Assembly: GCA_963748015.1 (NCBI GenBank)
Contig: CAVVHE010000009.1
Span: 573,205-637,204, forward strand
Direction of reading: 5' to 3'
Length of the DNA: 64,000 nt
From: Terriglobia bacterium
GTDB lineage: Bacteria > Acidobacteriota > Polarisedimenticolia > Polarisedimenticolales > JAIQFR01
Shown here: positions 9,501 to 17,566 of the stretch, piece by piece
Numbering within the stretch: the stretch's first letter is position 1
How the letters are laid out: each line of letters begins with the position of its first letter
The notes under the pieces: generated by a model
Told to the model about the DNA's origin: nothing
Database searches by the model: none
What the model saw: only the letters and a program-made list of their open reading frames with translations
Made by a program: the position numbers and the translations under genes

Positions 9501-12412
9501 CGCGGACCTACACGCTACGCAACACGTCCGGCGAGCCTTTGACGTACTCCGTATCGGCGTCGCAGGCCTGGATCCGGTTGGACTCCGGGAACGGACCTAG
9601 CGACTCCCCTCTGTCGGGGACGATCTCGCCTCGCGGGAGCGCGACCGTCACGGTGCTCGTTGATCCGGCGGCGCTGCTGCTGCCGAAGGGGGAGCGAGAC
9701 GAGGCCGTCACCTTCGCCAGCGTCGCGGACGGCGACGGCGACACCTCGCGCACCGTGAAGCTCTTCCTCGTGGACGAGCCGGGGATCTTCGTCGACGACG
9801 ACGACACGGGCGCGATCTCGGACGGAACCATCGCGCATCCCTTCCGCAGGGTGCAGAGCGCCGTGGACGTCGCCGATCTCGAAAGCGGCCCGATCTACGT
9901 GCTGACCGGCACCTACGACGAGGGCGTCACGATCAGAACCTGCTGCGTCTCGCTGGTGGGCATGGGGGAGGGAAAGAGCGTGCTGCAGGGCAGCACGTTC
10001 GAGGGAGCGGTGGTCTACCTCGACCGGACCTCCGACGTGACCCTCCGAGACCTGGATCTCGTCGGGGGCAGGTACGGCGTCCGGGCGCGCTGGACCCAGC
10101 GCACTTCGCTCTCCTCGCTCCGCATTCACGGCCTAGGGTCGTCGGGCAGCAGCGTCTCGTACGGAATCTGGCTGGACGGCGGCGGCGACAACCACGTCGA
10201 TTCCTGCGAGATCTTCGACATCGGCTCCGGTGGGACCGGATGGGGCTGGAACCGCGGGGCCGGCGTCTATCTCGACCAGGGGGAGGCGGACGTCCGGAAC
10301 TGCCGCATCCACGACATCTCGTCCGCCGTCGCGAACGTCACCGGCATCGCTGCGTTCAACGCCTCGGGGGCAGTGCTCGAGAACAACGAGATCCGGTCGA
10401 TCCACGCGAGCGGCTCCTACTACCCCAGCGACGCGATCGGCATCGAGATCCAGGACGGCGACGACGTGACGGTGAGTCGCAACGTCCTCTCCGACATCGT
10501 GTCGCAGTACCGGAGGGCCATGGGGATCTGGGGTTCGCGGCACGACGGCGCCGCGATCTCTGGCAACCGGATCGGCGCGATGTCGGGACGCACCCTGGCC
10601 GCCGGCATCATCCTCGGCTTGCAGTCCGGGGACCCGCTCTTCCACGCGCTCGTCGAGGACAACGACGTCGGCCTCTCGACGATCCCCGGGGGCCTCGGAA
10701 CCGGGATTCGAGTCGACGACCTGCAGGTCGTCGTGAGGGGGAACTCGGTCCACGACGGCGCGGAAGGCATCGTGCTCTCCGATGCCGACCCGTCGTCGGT
10801 CAAGGGGAGCATAGTCCGGGCCAACCGGGTCGTCGGGAACCGCGGCGCCGGTCTTTCGCTGAGCAGCTCCGGTAACACCGTGTACGCGAACGAGTTCGGG
10901 ATCAACGGGGTGGGCGTTCGGGTCGAAGCCGCCTCGGTGGGCGGAAACACGATCTACCACAACGACTTCCTCGGCAACGACTTCCAGGCGTCGGACCCGA
11001 CGGGCGGGGCCAACCTATGGTTCGAGCCCGCGTCCTACACGGGCAACTTCTGGTCGGACTACCGCGGGTCGGATGACGGGAGCGGAACGGGCAAGCACGC
11101 GATCGCGGGGGACTGGATCGGCGACACGATGATCCCTCATCCGAGTGCTGGATTCGACGACGCGCCGTTCACCGTGCAGGACGGCTGGCTGCGCCCCACG
11201 GCCGTGTGTCCATCGGCGGTGGAGTGGGCGTGCACGGGCAACGCCTCGGGAGCGGGGACTCTCGACGGCGCCTCCAGCGTGGATCCGTCCTGCGAAGACC
11301 TGTGGTATCGATGGTCGTCGGATCGCTGCCTTCTGGACGAGCCCCTGGCCGCGACGACCCGGGCCTCCTGCCCGGTGGGCGTCGGGGGCGTGCAGTTCGT
11401 CGTCGGTGACTCCCGTTTCGAGTCCGCGCCGTGCGTGACCGAGGTTCGCGTCGTCGACACGACGCCGCCTTCGATCACCTGCCCGGCTTCCGTCACCGCC
11501 GAGTGCCAGTCCGCCGGCCAAGCCCACGTAGCGCTGGTGAAAGCGATGGCCTCCGATTCCTGCTATGGCTCGGCCGCAATCACGAACAGCTGGACATCCA
11601 ATGGCGCCGATGCCTCCGGCACGTACCCGCTTGGTGCGACCGTCGTCACCTTCACCGCGACCGACGGCTCGGGAAATCAGGCGATCTGCCAGACGACGGT
11701 CACCGTGCGGGACACGATCGCGCCGGTCGTTACCGCCGTCGCCAGTCCGAACGTCCTTTGGCCGCCGAATCACAAGATGTCCACGGTGAACACGACGGTG
11801 GTCGCCACAGATGCGTGCGATCCCTCGCCCTCGCTCGTGCTCCTTTCCGTCACTTCGAGCGAACCCGACGACGCTCCAGGGATCGGCGATGGCAATACAA
11901 CCGATGACATCCAGGACGCATCGCTCGGCACCCCGGATTTCCAGGTTCTCCTCCGCGCCGAGCGGGATGCAGACAGCCCGGGGCGCACGTACACGATCGC
12001 GTACCAGGTGTCCGACCATTCGGGAAACGCGGCCTTCGCGACCACGGTAGTCATGGTGCCGCACGACATGGGGCAGGGCGTCGAGCCGCTCAACCTCGTC
12101 ATGGAGGACTCGAGCAGCACGGTCCTGATCTGGGGACCGGTCGATGGCGCCCGCCACTACGACATTATCCGCGGCGACCTGGCGAGCCTCAGGGTCGATG
12201 GCTCGAACATCGATCTCGGCCAGGTGGTCTGCATCGCGGCGGACACCACGGCCACGACGACGACCGGCTACGAAGACACCGCGATCCCAGAGCCCGGCCA
12301 GGTCTTCTTCTATGCCGTGCAGTACAACGACGGGACGCAGGATAGTTCCTACGGCTCGGAGTCAGCGGGGAGACCTCGCGTCGTTCCGCCTGGCGGCGGA
12401 GACTGCCAGTAG
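6566..12412 (+). CDS. Large secreted multidomain protein: PPC-like, 3x BACON-like, PQQ-type beta-propeller, right-handed beta-helix (DUF1565/NosD-like), HYR, LWPPNHK Ig-like and C-terminal domain
   Basis: 1948 aa open frame; signal-like N-terminus; three Y.L.N....W..S....W..L repeats; DGTIAHPFRRVQSAVD...GTYDE; GNFWSDYRG; DTTPPSITCP...YPLGATVVTFTATDGSGN. Exact start uncertain (6566 or 6608). Confidence 0.8.
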   Translation: MRRSATQRNPHRRPVHSWASGVAALVIFVAGYLQPVLADELAQCSGGLDGTLVVGERWTTTSGRTGPGGTGRDDALYEFQAQGGATYAFTLCEEGGNATFQAMLAVHGPGCVGAPLTAGAASCGSRSRLEWTAPTSGTYVLQIAGPSDTAGGFTLAYRSQGQPSRGVVVAPADEPSTRGLVVSPSRGIEAAVIRGGSPGFEGREYVLSNTTDGPIEWRVSATQPWLSIDSGDGAAESTGGLLHAGESRTVRVLVNEGVAGLPSGDYRDAVTIERLHEPDAVSTLPAELSVLEPGAISPSDAIVVATTVNYTGRNVWLARVSRGGSRVWQRTLSLAPYYLQEYNGSRSQPEDALYLLTGVENKAGGKIRLQKYDGLGNRVWDAPVSADAWNVSASVKDGGAYVSDTHTGVYRIDSDGHVVWGPKDWGHPDASGGGWWVAADPYTGGLFAAHYPSGTVLKADHDGNVLWSRTMNWVVRVDANPLDGGVYVAWGGSSGRTTSRLGNLGELFWSRDDFPENSFQRERGVFPSDGSLVIGAGRRVGRLAADGTALWSVQSDDNQGHAWGNLAIAPDIEMDEFYTADAGLTQGLSRFRGSDASLLWHFDPGYFPVAWGGNFYRVFTGIVPMSGLWLEPQDGLDVSGEQGGPFSATTKEYTLFNRSSGPTAWSASPSRPWVSLDAGAGPADGLVSGVLAPGELITIRVSLNDEAARLDPGDYRDTVVFRDESAGSDIASRGVRLTVRRPGVMYDDAFDRADGPVGNGWSTWWGHESPSSRVVIEGGEVSMPGYYSDGAGIYRSQAVEFPLDFSFDYHTHEPRGTPANPNVAGWFVLLNGTAGRNPYYGHAQLLIRQSSGSLGIERQYHNRDGIMWFAPTATAPGLRDFGPDAKAHVEGMIRRDLGGVIRIWYRDGLEPDPVVVPLSPVSDADPVPPGSTLTIGTPSYKAGPHYFDNFEVRKAHLLVEPLDGVRAWSIGGAPIEDGSRTYTLRNTSGEPLTYSVSASQAWIRLDSGNGPSDSPLSGTISPRGSATVTVLVDPAALLLPKGERDEAVTFASVADGDGDTSRTVKLFLVDEPGIFVDDDDTGAISDGTIAHPFRRVQSAVDVADLESGPIYVLTGTYDEGVTIRTCCVSLVGMGEGKSVLQGSTFEGAVVYLDRTSDVTLRDLDLVGGRYGVRARWTQRTSLSSLRIHGLGSSGSSVSYGIWLDGGGDNHVDSCEIFDIGSGGTGWGWNRGAGVYLDQGEADVRNCRIHDISSAVANVTGIAAFNASGAVLENNEIRSIHASGSYYPSDAIGIEIQDGDDVTVSRNVLSDIVSQYRRAMGIWGSRHDGAAISGNRIGAMSGRTLAAGIILGLQSGDPLFHALVEDNDVGLSTIPGGLGTGIRVDDLQVVVRGNSVHDGAEGIVLSDADPSSVKGSIVRANRVVGNRGAGLSLSSSGNTVYANEFGINGVGVRVEAASVGGNTIYHNDFLGNDFQASDPTGGANLWFEPASYTGNFWSDYRGSDDGSGTGKHAIAGDWIGDTMIPHPSAGFDDAPFTVQDGWLRPTAVCPSAVEWACTGNASGAGTLDGASSVDPSCEDLWYRWSSDRCLLDEPLAATTRASCPVGVGGVQFVVGDSRFESAPCVTEVRVVDTTPPSITCPASVTAECQSAGQAHVALVKAMASDSCYGSAAITNSWTSNGADASGTYPLGATVVTFTATDGSGNQAICQTTVTVRDTIAPVVTAVASPNVLWPPNHKMSTVNTTVVATDACDPSPSLVLLSVTSSEPDDAPGIGDGNTTDDIQDASLGTPDFQVLLRAERDADSPGRTYTIAYQVSDHSGNAAFATTVVMVPHDMGQGVEPLNLVMEDSSSTVLIWGPVDGARHYDIIRGDLASLRVDGSNIDLGQVVCIAADTTATTTTGYEDTAIPEPGQVFFYAVQYNDGTQDSSYGSESAGRPRVVPPGGGDCQ

Positions 12413-12420
12413 ACTCGGGC

Positions 12421-12535
12421 GATAGGAAGTTCAAGCTGCGAAACGGCGATCCATGTCCGGGAAGGGGGCCTGGTGTCAACCCGCCTCCCGGCCCGGAAAC
12501 CACCGCCCGAACGCATTCTCTTCCCGGTGCCCGGG
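12421..12535 (-). mobile_element. IS91/ISCR-type oriIS mini-element (copy 4, best preserved)
   Basis: Reverse complement of 12421-12440 = CGCAGCTTGAACTTCCTATC, matching the TTGAACTTCCTAT core recalled for ISCR oriIS; ends at CCCGGTGCCCGGG. Confidence 0.8.
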
Positions 12536-12977
12536 ATCTCGGTGCTCGAGGCCAGCTACATCGCCTTCCGGCTCCGTCCGTTCGTCGCGAACCCGAACAA
12601 GCGCCTCGTAAAGACGCCCAAGCTGTTCTTCTACGACACGGGGCTGCTCTGCTGTCTGCTCGGGATCCGGCACCCCGAACAGATCCGGACGCACCCATTG
12701 CGCGGCGCGATCTTCGAGACCTGGGTTGCGTCCGAGATCCTCAAGGCGCGCCCACCGCGGCCTGCCGCCGGGGCTGCTGTTCTACCGGGACCGCAACGGC
12801 ACGGAGGTCGACCTTCTCGTGGAACGCGGGGGCGCCCTCGTCGCCCTGGAGGCGAAGTCGAGCCGCACGGTGGCCGGAGACTTCTTCGCCGGACTCGAGA
12901 AATTCGCCGTGCTCGCGGCGTCCCAGAAGCGCATGCCACCCTTACGGCAGGTCTTGCTCGGTCTCACCTTCACTTGA
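12536..12977 (+). pseudogene. 3' fragment of an AAA_14/DUF4143 ATP-binding protein, frameshifted near 12748
   Basis: ISVLEASYIAFRLRPF...KRLVKTPKLFFYDTGL...GAIFETWVASEILK, then another frame FYRDRNGTEVDLLVE...LEAKS; no 5' end. Confidence 0.8.
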
Positions 12978-14562
12978 TGGTGCTGGCGGCGCCCGTCTGG
13001 AGCGCCTCCAGCACCTGGTCCACCGTGAAGCTCCCGGACCTTTGGCTGGGCGGGTACTCCTTGAAGCTCTCGACGAACATGCCCACGGCCGCCTGTGCGG
13101 GAACCAAGATCCAGATCTTGTCCAGGGCCCAGCGGTCCCACATATTGGATTCGAAGTAGTACCGCTCGAACGGGTCTTGGCGCAGGTTGACCACCATCGG
13201 AAAGAAAGTCTGCTTCAGAAAGCCGCTCTTGACTGAGCCCTCCAGGATCTTGAAGTGGATCTTCCAGTCGTCGACGCGGATGGCGTTGAGGTTGGCGTTG
13301 TCGTCGAAGTAGAAGATCTCGCGGCGCGGCGACTTCTCCGCCTGACCCTTGAGGAACGGCACGAAGTTGTAGCCGTCGAGGTGGTTCTTGAACGTCTTGC
13401 TGCCGACCTGGTAGCCCTTGAGGAGCTTCTGCTTCACGTCGGGATCGCCCGCGGCCGCGACCAGCGTGGGCATCCAGTCTTCGAGCGCCATGATCTCGTT
13501 GTGGATCGAGCCGGGCTTGAGGACGCCGGGCCAGCGGGCGAGGGCGGGCACGCGCATCCCTCCTTCCCACGTCGAGCCCTTCTCGCCGCGGAACGGCGTG
13601 TTGCCGCCGTCCGGCCACGAGAAGATTTCCGCGCCGTTGTCGGTGGTGAACACCACGATCGTGTTGTCGGCGATGCCGAGGTCGTCGAGCTTCTTCAGCA
13701 GGCGCCCGACGACGTCGTCGAGCTCCATCATGCCGTCGGCGTAGAGGCCGTAGCCGCTCTTGTTGGCCCACTTGGGCGAGAGGCGCGTCCAGATGTGCAT
13801 GCGGGTGCTGTTATGCCAGAGGAAGAACGGCTTGCCGGCCTTCACCGACCGCTCGATGAAGTCCAGCGACCGCGCGATCAGCTCCTCTTCGACCGTCTCC
13901 ATGCGGGCCCGGGTGATGGGGCCGCTGTCCTTGCACGCCTGCTTGCCCACCTTCCCGAACCGCGGGTCCACCGTCGGGTCGTCCACATCGGTGGCCTTGC
14001 AGTCAAGCAGCCCGCGGGGGCTAAAGCGCGCCTTGAACCGCGGGTCCTTCGGATAGTCGGGGTCTTCCGGCTCCTCCTCGGCGTTGAGGTGGTAGAGGTT
14101 GCCAAAGAACTCGTCGAACCCGTGCACCGTTGGCAGCATCTCGTTGCGGTCGCCGAGATGGTTCTTACCGACCTGCGCCGTGGCGTAACCCAGCGGCGTG
14201 AGCAGCTCGGCGATCGTCGGGTCCTTGTCCTGGATGCCTTGCTTCGCGCCGGGCAGGCCGACCTTGAGCAAGCCGGTGCGGAAAGGAGTCTGGCCGAGGA
14301 TGAACGCCGCCCGTCCCGCCGTGCAGGACTGCTGGCCGTAGAAATCTGTCCACAGCGCGCCCTCGTTCGCGAGGCGGTCGATGCTGGGCGTCCGCCCGCC
14401 CATCATGCCGCGGTGGTAGGCGCTGATGTTCCAGACGCCGATGTCATCGGCCATGATGAAGAGGATGTTGGGTCTCTGCTGCGCCGCCGCCGGTCCGGCC
14501 ACGAGGGCCAGCACGGCGAAAGCGGCGAGCGCCGCGGTGATGAGCATCCTGCTTGTTCGCAT
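12970..14562 (-). CDS. Secreted arylsulfatase (Cys-type formylglycine sulfatase)
   Basis: Signal peptide, PNILFIMADD, SCTAGRAAFILG, GKNHLG, TTDNG; AAGGAGGAGG RBS before ATG at 14562. Confidence 0.92.
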   Translation of the reverse strand: MRTSRMLITAALAAFAVLALVAGPAAAQQRPNILFIMADDIGVWNISAYHRGMMGGRTPSIDRLANEGALWTDFYGQQSCTAGRAAFILGQTPFRTGLLKVGLPGAKQGIQDKDPTIAELLTPLGYATAQVGKNHLGDRNEMLPTVHGFDEFFGNLYHLNAEEEPEDPDYPKDPRFKARFSPRGLLDCKATDVDDPTVDPRFGKVGKQACKDSGPITRARMETVEEELIARSLDFIERSVKAGKPFFLWHNSTRMHIWTRLSPKWANKSGYGLYADGMMELDDVVGRLLKKLDDLGIADNTIVVFTTDNGAEIFSWPDGGNTPFRGEKGSTWEGGMRVPALARWPGVLKPGSIHNEIMALEDWMPTLVAAAGDPDVKQKLLKGYQVGSKTFKNHLDGYNFVPFLKGQAEKSPRREIFYFDDNANLNAIRVDDWKIHFKILEGSVKSGFLKQTFFPMVVNLRQDPFERYYFESNMWDRWALDKIWILVPAQAAVGMFVESFKEYPPSQRSGSFTVDQVLEALQTGAASTIK

Positions 14563-14615
14563 GTCCTCCTCCTTTTGTCGTTCCCAGTTGATGTCATTCG
14601 TCACGCGATCTCCGT

Positions 14616-14816
14616 TCACGAGCACCGCGCACGCTCGACCCACCGCCGGGCGAGCGCCTTGATCGCCCGCGTCTTCGCGAGCCCCGGCAGCCCCTCGACC
14701 AGCAGGTTGCCGTTGGCGAGCAGGCCGATCAGCAGGCGCTCGAGGACCTGCTCCTGGCCGACGATCGACCGGCCCATGCGACCCTGGAGATCCAGGATGG
14801 TGTCTCGTGGCGCCAT
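14616..14816 (-). pseudogene. Truncated MoxR AAA+ ATPase (N-terminal fragment)
   Basis: IVGQEQVLERLLIGLLANGNLLVEGLPGLAKTRAIKALA, then stops after ~66 aa. Confidence 0.8.
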
Positions 14817-14854
14817 CGCGCTCTCCTCCATGGCCGGCGGCACGCCGACGCGAT

Positions 14855-15509
14855 TCAGTCTCCCGCTCGTTGCACCATCGCTATTTCGACGGCTGCCCGC
14901 TCGTCATCGCCGCCATCGCCCTCGAGCGCCGGCATGAGGTTGTACCCGTCGAGGTGCACCTTGTAGTCGCGGTTGATGGCGCGGGTGCCCTTCAACAGCT
15001 TCTCCTTGATGTCGGGGTCGCCGACGGCGGCGAGCAGCGTGGGAAGCATGTCCTCGTGCGCCCCGATCGAGTTGACGATGGTGCCGGGCTTGAGGACGCC
15101 GGGCCAGCGGATGAGGCAGGGCACACGGTAGTCGCCCTCCCAGTTGGTGTTCTTCTCGCCCCGGAACATCGAGGTTCCGCCGTCGGGCTAGCTCATCACC
15201 TCCGCGCCGTTGTCGGTCGAGTACATCACGATCGTGTTGCCCACGATCCCGAGCTCCTTCAGCTTGTCTAGTAGCTGGCCGACCATGCCGTCGTGCTCCA
15301 CCATGCCGTCGGCATGGATCCCGTGGCCGGTCTTGCCCACGGAGGCCGGCTTCAGGTGGGTGAAGACTTGCATTTGGGTCGAGTTCCACCGCACGAAGAA
15401 CGGCTTGTCCGCCTGCTTCGTTCGGGTCATGAAGTCGAGCGCCGCGGCGGTGACCTCCTCGTCCACCGTCTCCATCCGCTTGCGGGTCAGCGGACCGGTG
15501 TCCTCGACG
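14855..15509 (-). pseudogene. Second arylsulfatase, internal fragment with an in-frame TAG
   Basis: VEDTGPLTRKRMETVDEE...STDNGAEVMS*PDGGTSMFRGEKNTNWEG...HLDGYNL; TAG at 15188-15190 corresponds to Trp in the intact paralog; 5' end cut exactly at the IS end. Confidence 0.85.
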
Positions 15510-16005
15510 GATAAGGCATTCAAGCGGCGTTTTCGGCCCGACGTCCGGTTACGGAAGGCTATGTCACCCCGCCCGCCTACCCCGAAACCGATCACCCAAG
15601 CTCATTCTCCTCCCGGTGCCCGGGTGAAAACAAGCTGCGCGCCGAGGAGTCGCGCCGAGGGCTGGCGCGATCGGGCCGCCGCGCGCACACCTGTCCGGGC
15701 GTGGCGCGGAGGGTGCGGCGACGACGGGCCGCCTAGAGCTCGGCCGGGAGGAGACCGCCGAGCGCCGGGGGGGGCAGCCGGCCGCGGGCGCGAGGATGCC
15801 GTGGTATCGCACGAGATGGAACCGCGGCGGCGGCACCAGGACCGCGAGGCGCTCCACCAATTCGAGTGGATCGAGAAGCAGGTGGGTGGTGCCGTCGCGC
15901 CAGCGGTGTCGGAAGCAACAGACCAGGCGGCCGTCGGGATCGAGAGAAAGCCGGTCGGTCGCGAGAGCTGGCCGAGCGGCGTAACGGCAGAGGCGCTCCA
16001 GCCGG
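15510..16005 (-). mobile_element. ISCR/IS91-family remnant: degenerate oriIS (copy 5) plus transposase fragment
   Basis: Minus strand ~16005-15780 reads RLERLCRYAARPALATDRLSLDPDGRLV...WRDGTTHLLLDPLELVERLAVLVPPPRFHLVRYHGILAP (RxxxY, single-Tyr ISCR type). GATAAGGCATTCAAGCGGCG at 15510; CCCGGTGCCCGGGTGAAAACAA shared with copy 2. Confidence 0.88.
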
Positions 16006-16053
16006 CGCGCGAATCCCCGCGCCGAGCGTGTTCGGGTCTCCGGGGTCGGAGGC

Positions 16054-16470
16054 TCAGGCCCAGTTCTGGACTCTCAGTCCCTTGAAGGCGCGGAAATCCG
16101 CCGCGTTGGCCGTGACGAGGGTGAGGCCGCGCGCGGCCGCGATCGCGGCGATCTCGCCGTCTGCGAACGGCGGCGTCGAGCCCAGGGCGGCAAGGCGGGC
16201 CCGCTCGAGGGCATGCCACTCCGCCGCGATCCGGTCGTAGTCGAGAATCGGGAAGCTCGCGGCGACGACGTCGTCGAGGTAGCGCTGGATGGCGTCACGC
16301 CGTACCCCGGCTGGAAGGCGAGCGCAGCCGCAGCGCAGCTCGTGCCAGACGATCGCGGCGATGGCGAGCTCTCCCTGGTGGCGCCGTAGCCGGTCGAGCA
16401 CCCCTCGGGCCGGCTTCGGTCTCAGGGGCTCCGAGACGACGTTGGTGTCGAGGAGATACCGCAGCGTCAC
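16054..16470 (-). CDS. vapC: PIN-domain toxin, VapC family
   Basis: YLLDTNVVSE...WHEL..G...ADGEIAAIA...LVTANAADF. Confidence 0.92.
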   Translation of the reverse strand: MTLRYLLDTNVVSEPLRPKPARGVLDRLRRHQGELAIAAIVWHELRCGCARLPAGVRRDAIQRYLDDVVAASFPILDYDRIAAEWHALERARLAALGSTPPFADGEIAAIAAARGLTLVTANAADFRAFKGLRVQNWA

Positions 16471-16748
16471 AGCGAGACCTCGCGGCCGCCCTCCCGCGCG
16501 CGAGCGTTGCCGAACACCTCGCCCGGGTCGATCGCGAGCTCCCCGAGGTCGACCTCGCGCGCGAACGCGGCGTAGGCCTCGGCGAAGCTCCCCTGTTTCG
16601 ACGTCAGGCGGTCGTACTCCTTCCGCCCCACCAGGACCGCGACGGGTTCCCCTCGCCGCGTCAGCTCGACCGCCTTGCCGGCCTCGGCGTCCCGGACCAG
16701 CTTCGGGAGATTGGCGCGGGCGTCCGCGATCGAGTGCTTGCCGTTCAT
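16467..16748 (-). CDS. Phd/YefM-family antitoxin
   Basis: SIADARANLPKLV..AEAG..VELTRRGEPVAVLV; GTGA overlap with vapC. Confidence 0.9.
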   Translation of the reverse strand: MNGKHSIADARANLPKLVRDAEAGKAVELTRRGEPVAVLVGRKEYDRLTSKQGSFAEAYAAFAREVDLGELAIDPGEVFGNARAREGGREVSL

Positions 16749-16760
16749 GGGCCGCTCCTC

Positions 16761-16788
16761 GTAATGTACATCATCATGTACATATTAC
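16761..16788. promoter_or_regulatory. Putative TA autoregulatory operator: two TGTACA palindromes
   Basis: GTAATGTACATCATCATGTACATATTAC just upstream of the antitoxin RBS; TGTACA cores are known YefM/Phd-type operator motifs. Confidence 0.7.
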
Positions 16789-16895
16789 GGCGGCACGGAC
16801 GAGAAGGCAAGGGGCCGGTCACGCGGGAAGGTGGCGGATCGGCAACCCCATGCGCCGATCCGGGGACGTCCCGGTTGCCTTTCCTCTTTTTTTGC

Positions 16896-16924
16896 TTGCA
16901 TACCATACATTTGTATGGTATCTT
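16896..16924 (+). promoter_or_regulatory. sigma70 promoter of lexA with an overlapping palindrome (candidate LexA box)
   Basis: TTGCAT (16896-16901)-N17-TATCTT (16919-16924); ATACCATACA-TT-TGTATGGTAT at 16900-16921. Confidence 0.75.
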
Positions 16925-16954
16925 CCGGTCATCACGGGATCGGAGGGTCGAGCC

Positions 16955-17566
16955 ATGGGACGCACGCCGGCGGGCGAGACGCGGGACCGGGTTTTCCGGT
17001 TCGTGCGGGAGCGGCTCCTCGGGGGAATTCCCCCCACGGTGCGGGAGGTCCAGGCCGCGTTCGGCTTTCTTTCTCCCCAGAGCGCGCGGGAGCACCTCGA
17101 GGGGCTCGTCGAGCAGGGGCGGCTGATAAAGGAGGCCGGCAAGGCCCGCGGCTACCGGCTTCCCGCGCGGGCCGGGAGGCCGCCGGTGCTGGTTCCGCTC
17201 CTCGGCCGGGTGCCCGCGGGCCCCCTCGACGCGGCGGTCGAGGACCTCGAGGGATACCTGCCGGTCGAGGGGGGGCGCGCGTCCGGCGAGCTGTTCGGCC
17301 TGCGCGTCCGCGGCGAGAGCATGACCGGCGCCGGGATCCTCCCCGGCGACATCGTCGTGGTGCGCCGCCAGTCCCGCGCCGAGACGGGGGAGATCGTGGT
17401 CGCCCTCGTCGGCGACGAGGCGACGGTGAAGCGGCTGCGGGTGCGCGGCAAGCGCGTCGAGCTGCACGCCGAGAACCCCGCGTTCGAGCCGATCGTGCCC
17501 GACCCGAAGCAGTTCTCGATCCTCGGCAAGGTGGTCGAGGTGCGGCGGTACCTGGAGGGACGATGA
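16955..17566 (+). CDS. lexA: SOS repressor LexA
   Basis: PPTVREV wHTH, VPLLGRVPAG cleavage site, LRVRGESM (Ser), EATVKR (Lys); GGAGGG RBS. Confidence 0.95.
   Translation: MGRTPAGETRDRVFRFVRERLLGGIPPTVREVQAAFGFLSPQSAREHLEGLVEQGRLIKEAGKARGYRLPARAGRPPVLVPLLGRVPAGPLDAAVEDLEGYLPVEGGRASGELFGLRVRGESMTGAGILPGDIVVVRRQSRAETGEIVVALVGDEATVKRLRVRGKRVELHAENPAFEPIVPDPKQFSILGKVVEVRRYLEGR

Noticed and set aside
15188..15190. In-frame TAG as pyrrolysine or readthrough
   Set aside because: Aligns to a Trp (TGG>TAG) in a fragment truncated at both ends; ordinary pseudogene.
3920..15540. Repeated ends as integron attC sites or CRISPR repeats
   Set aside because: No RYYYAAC/GTTRRRY pairing, no intI or cas genes, irregular kb-scale spacing; linkage to IS91-type transposase remnants explains them.
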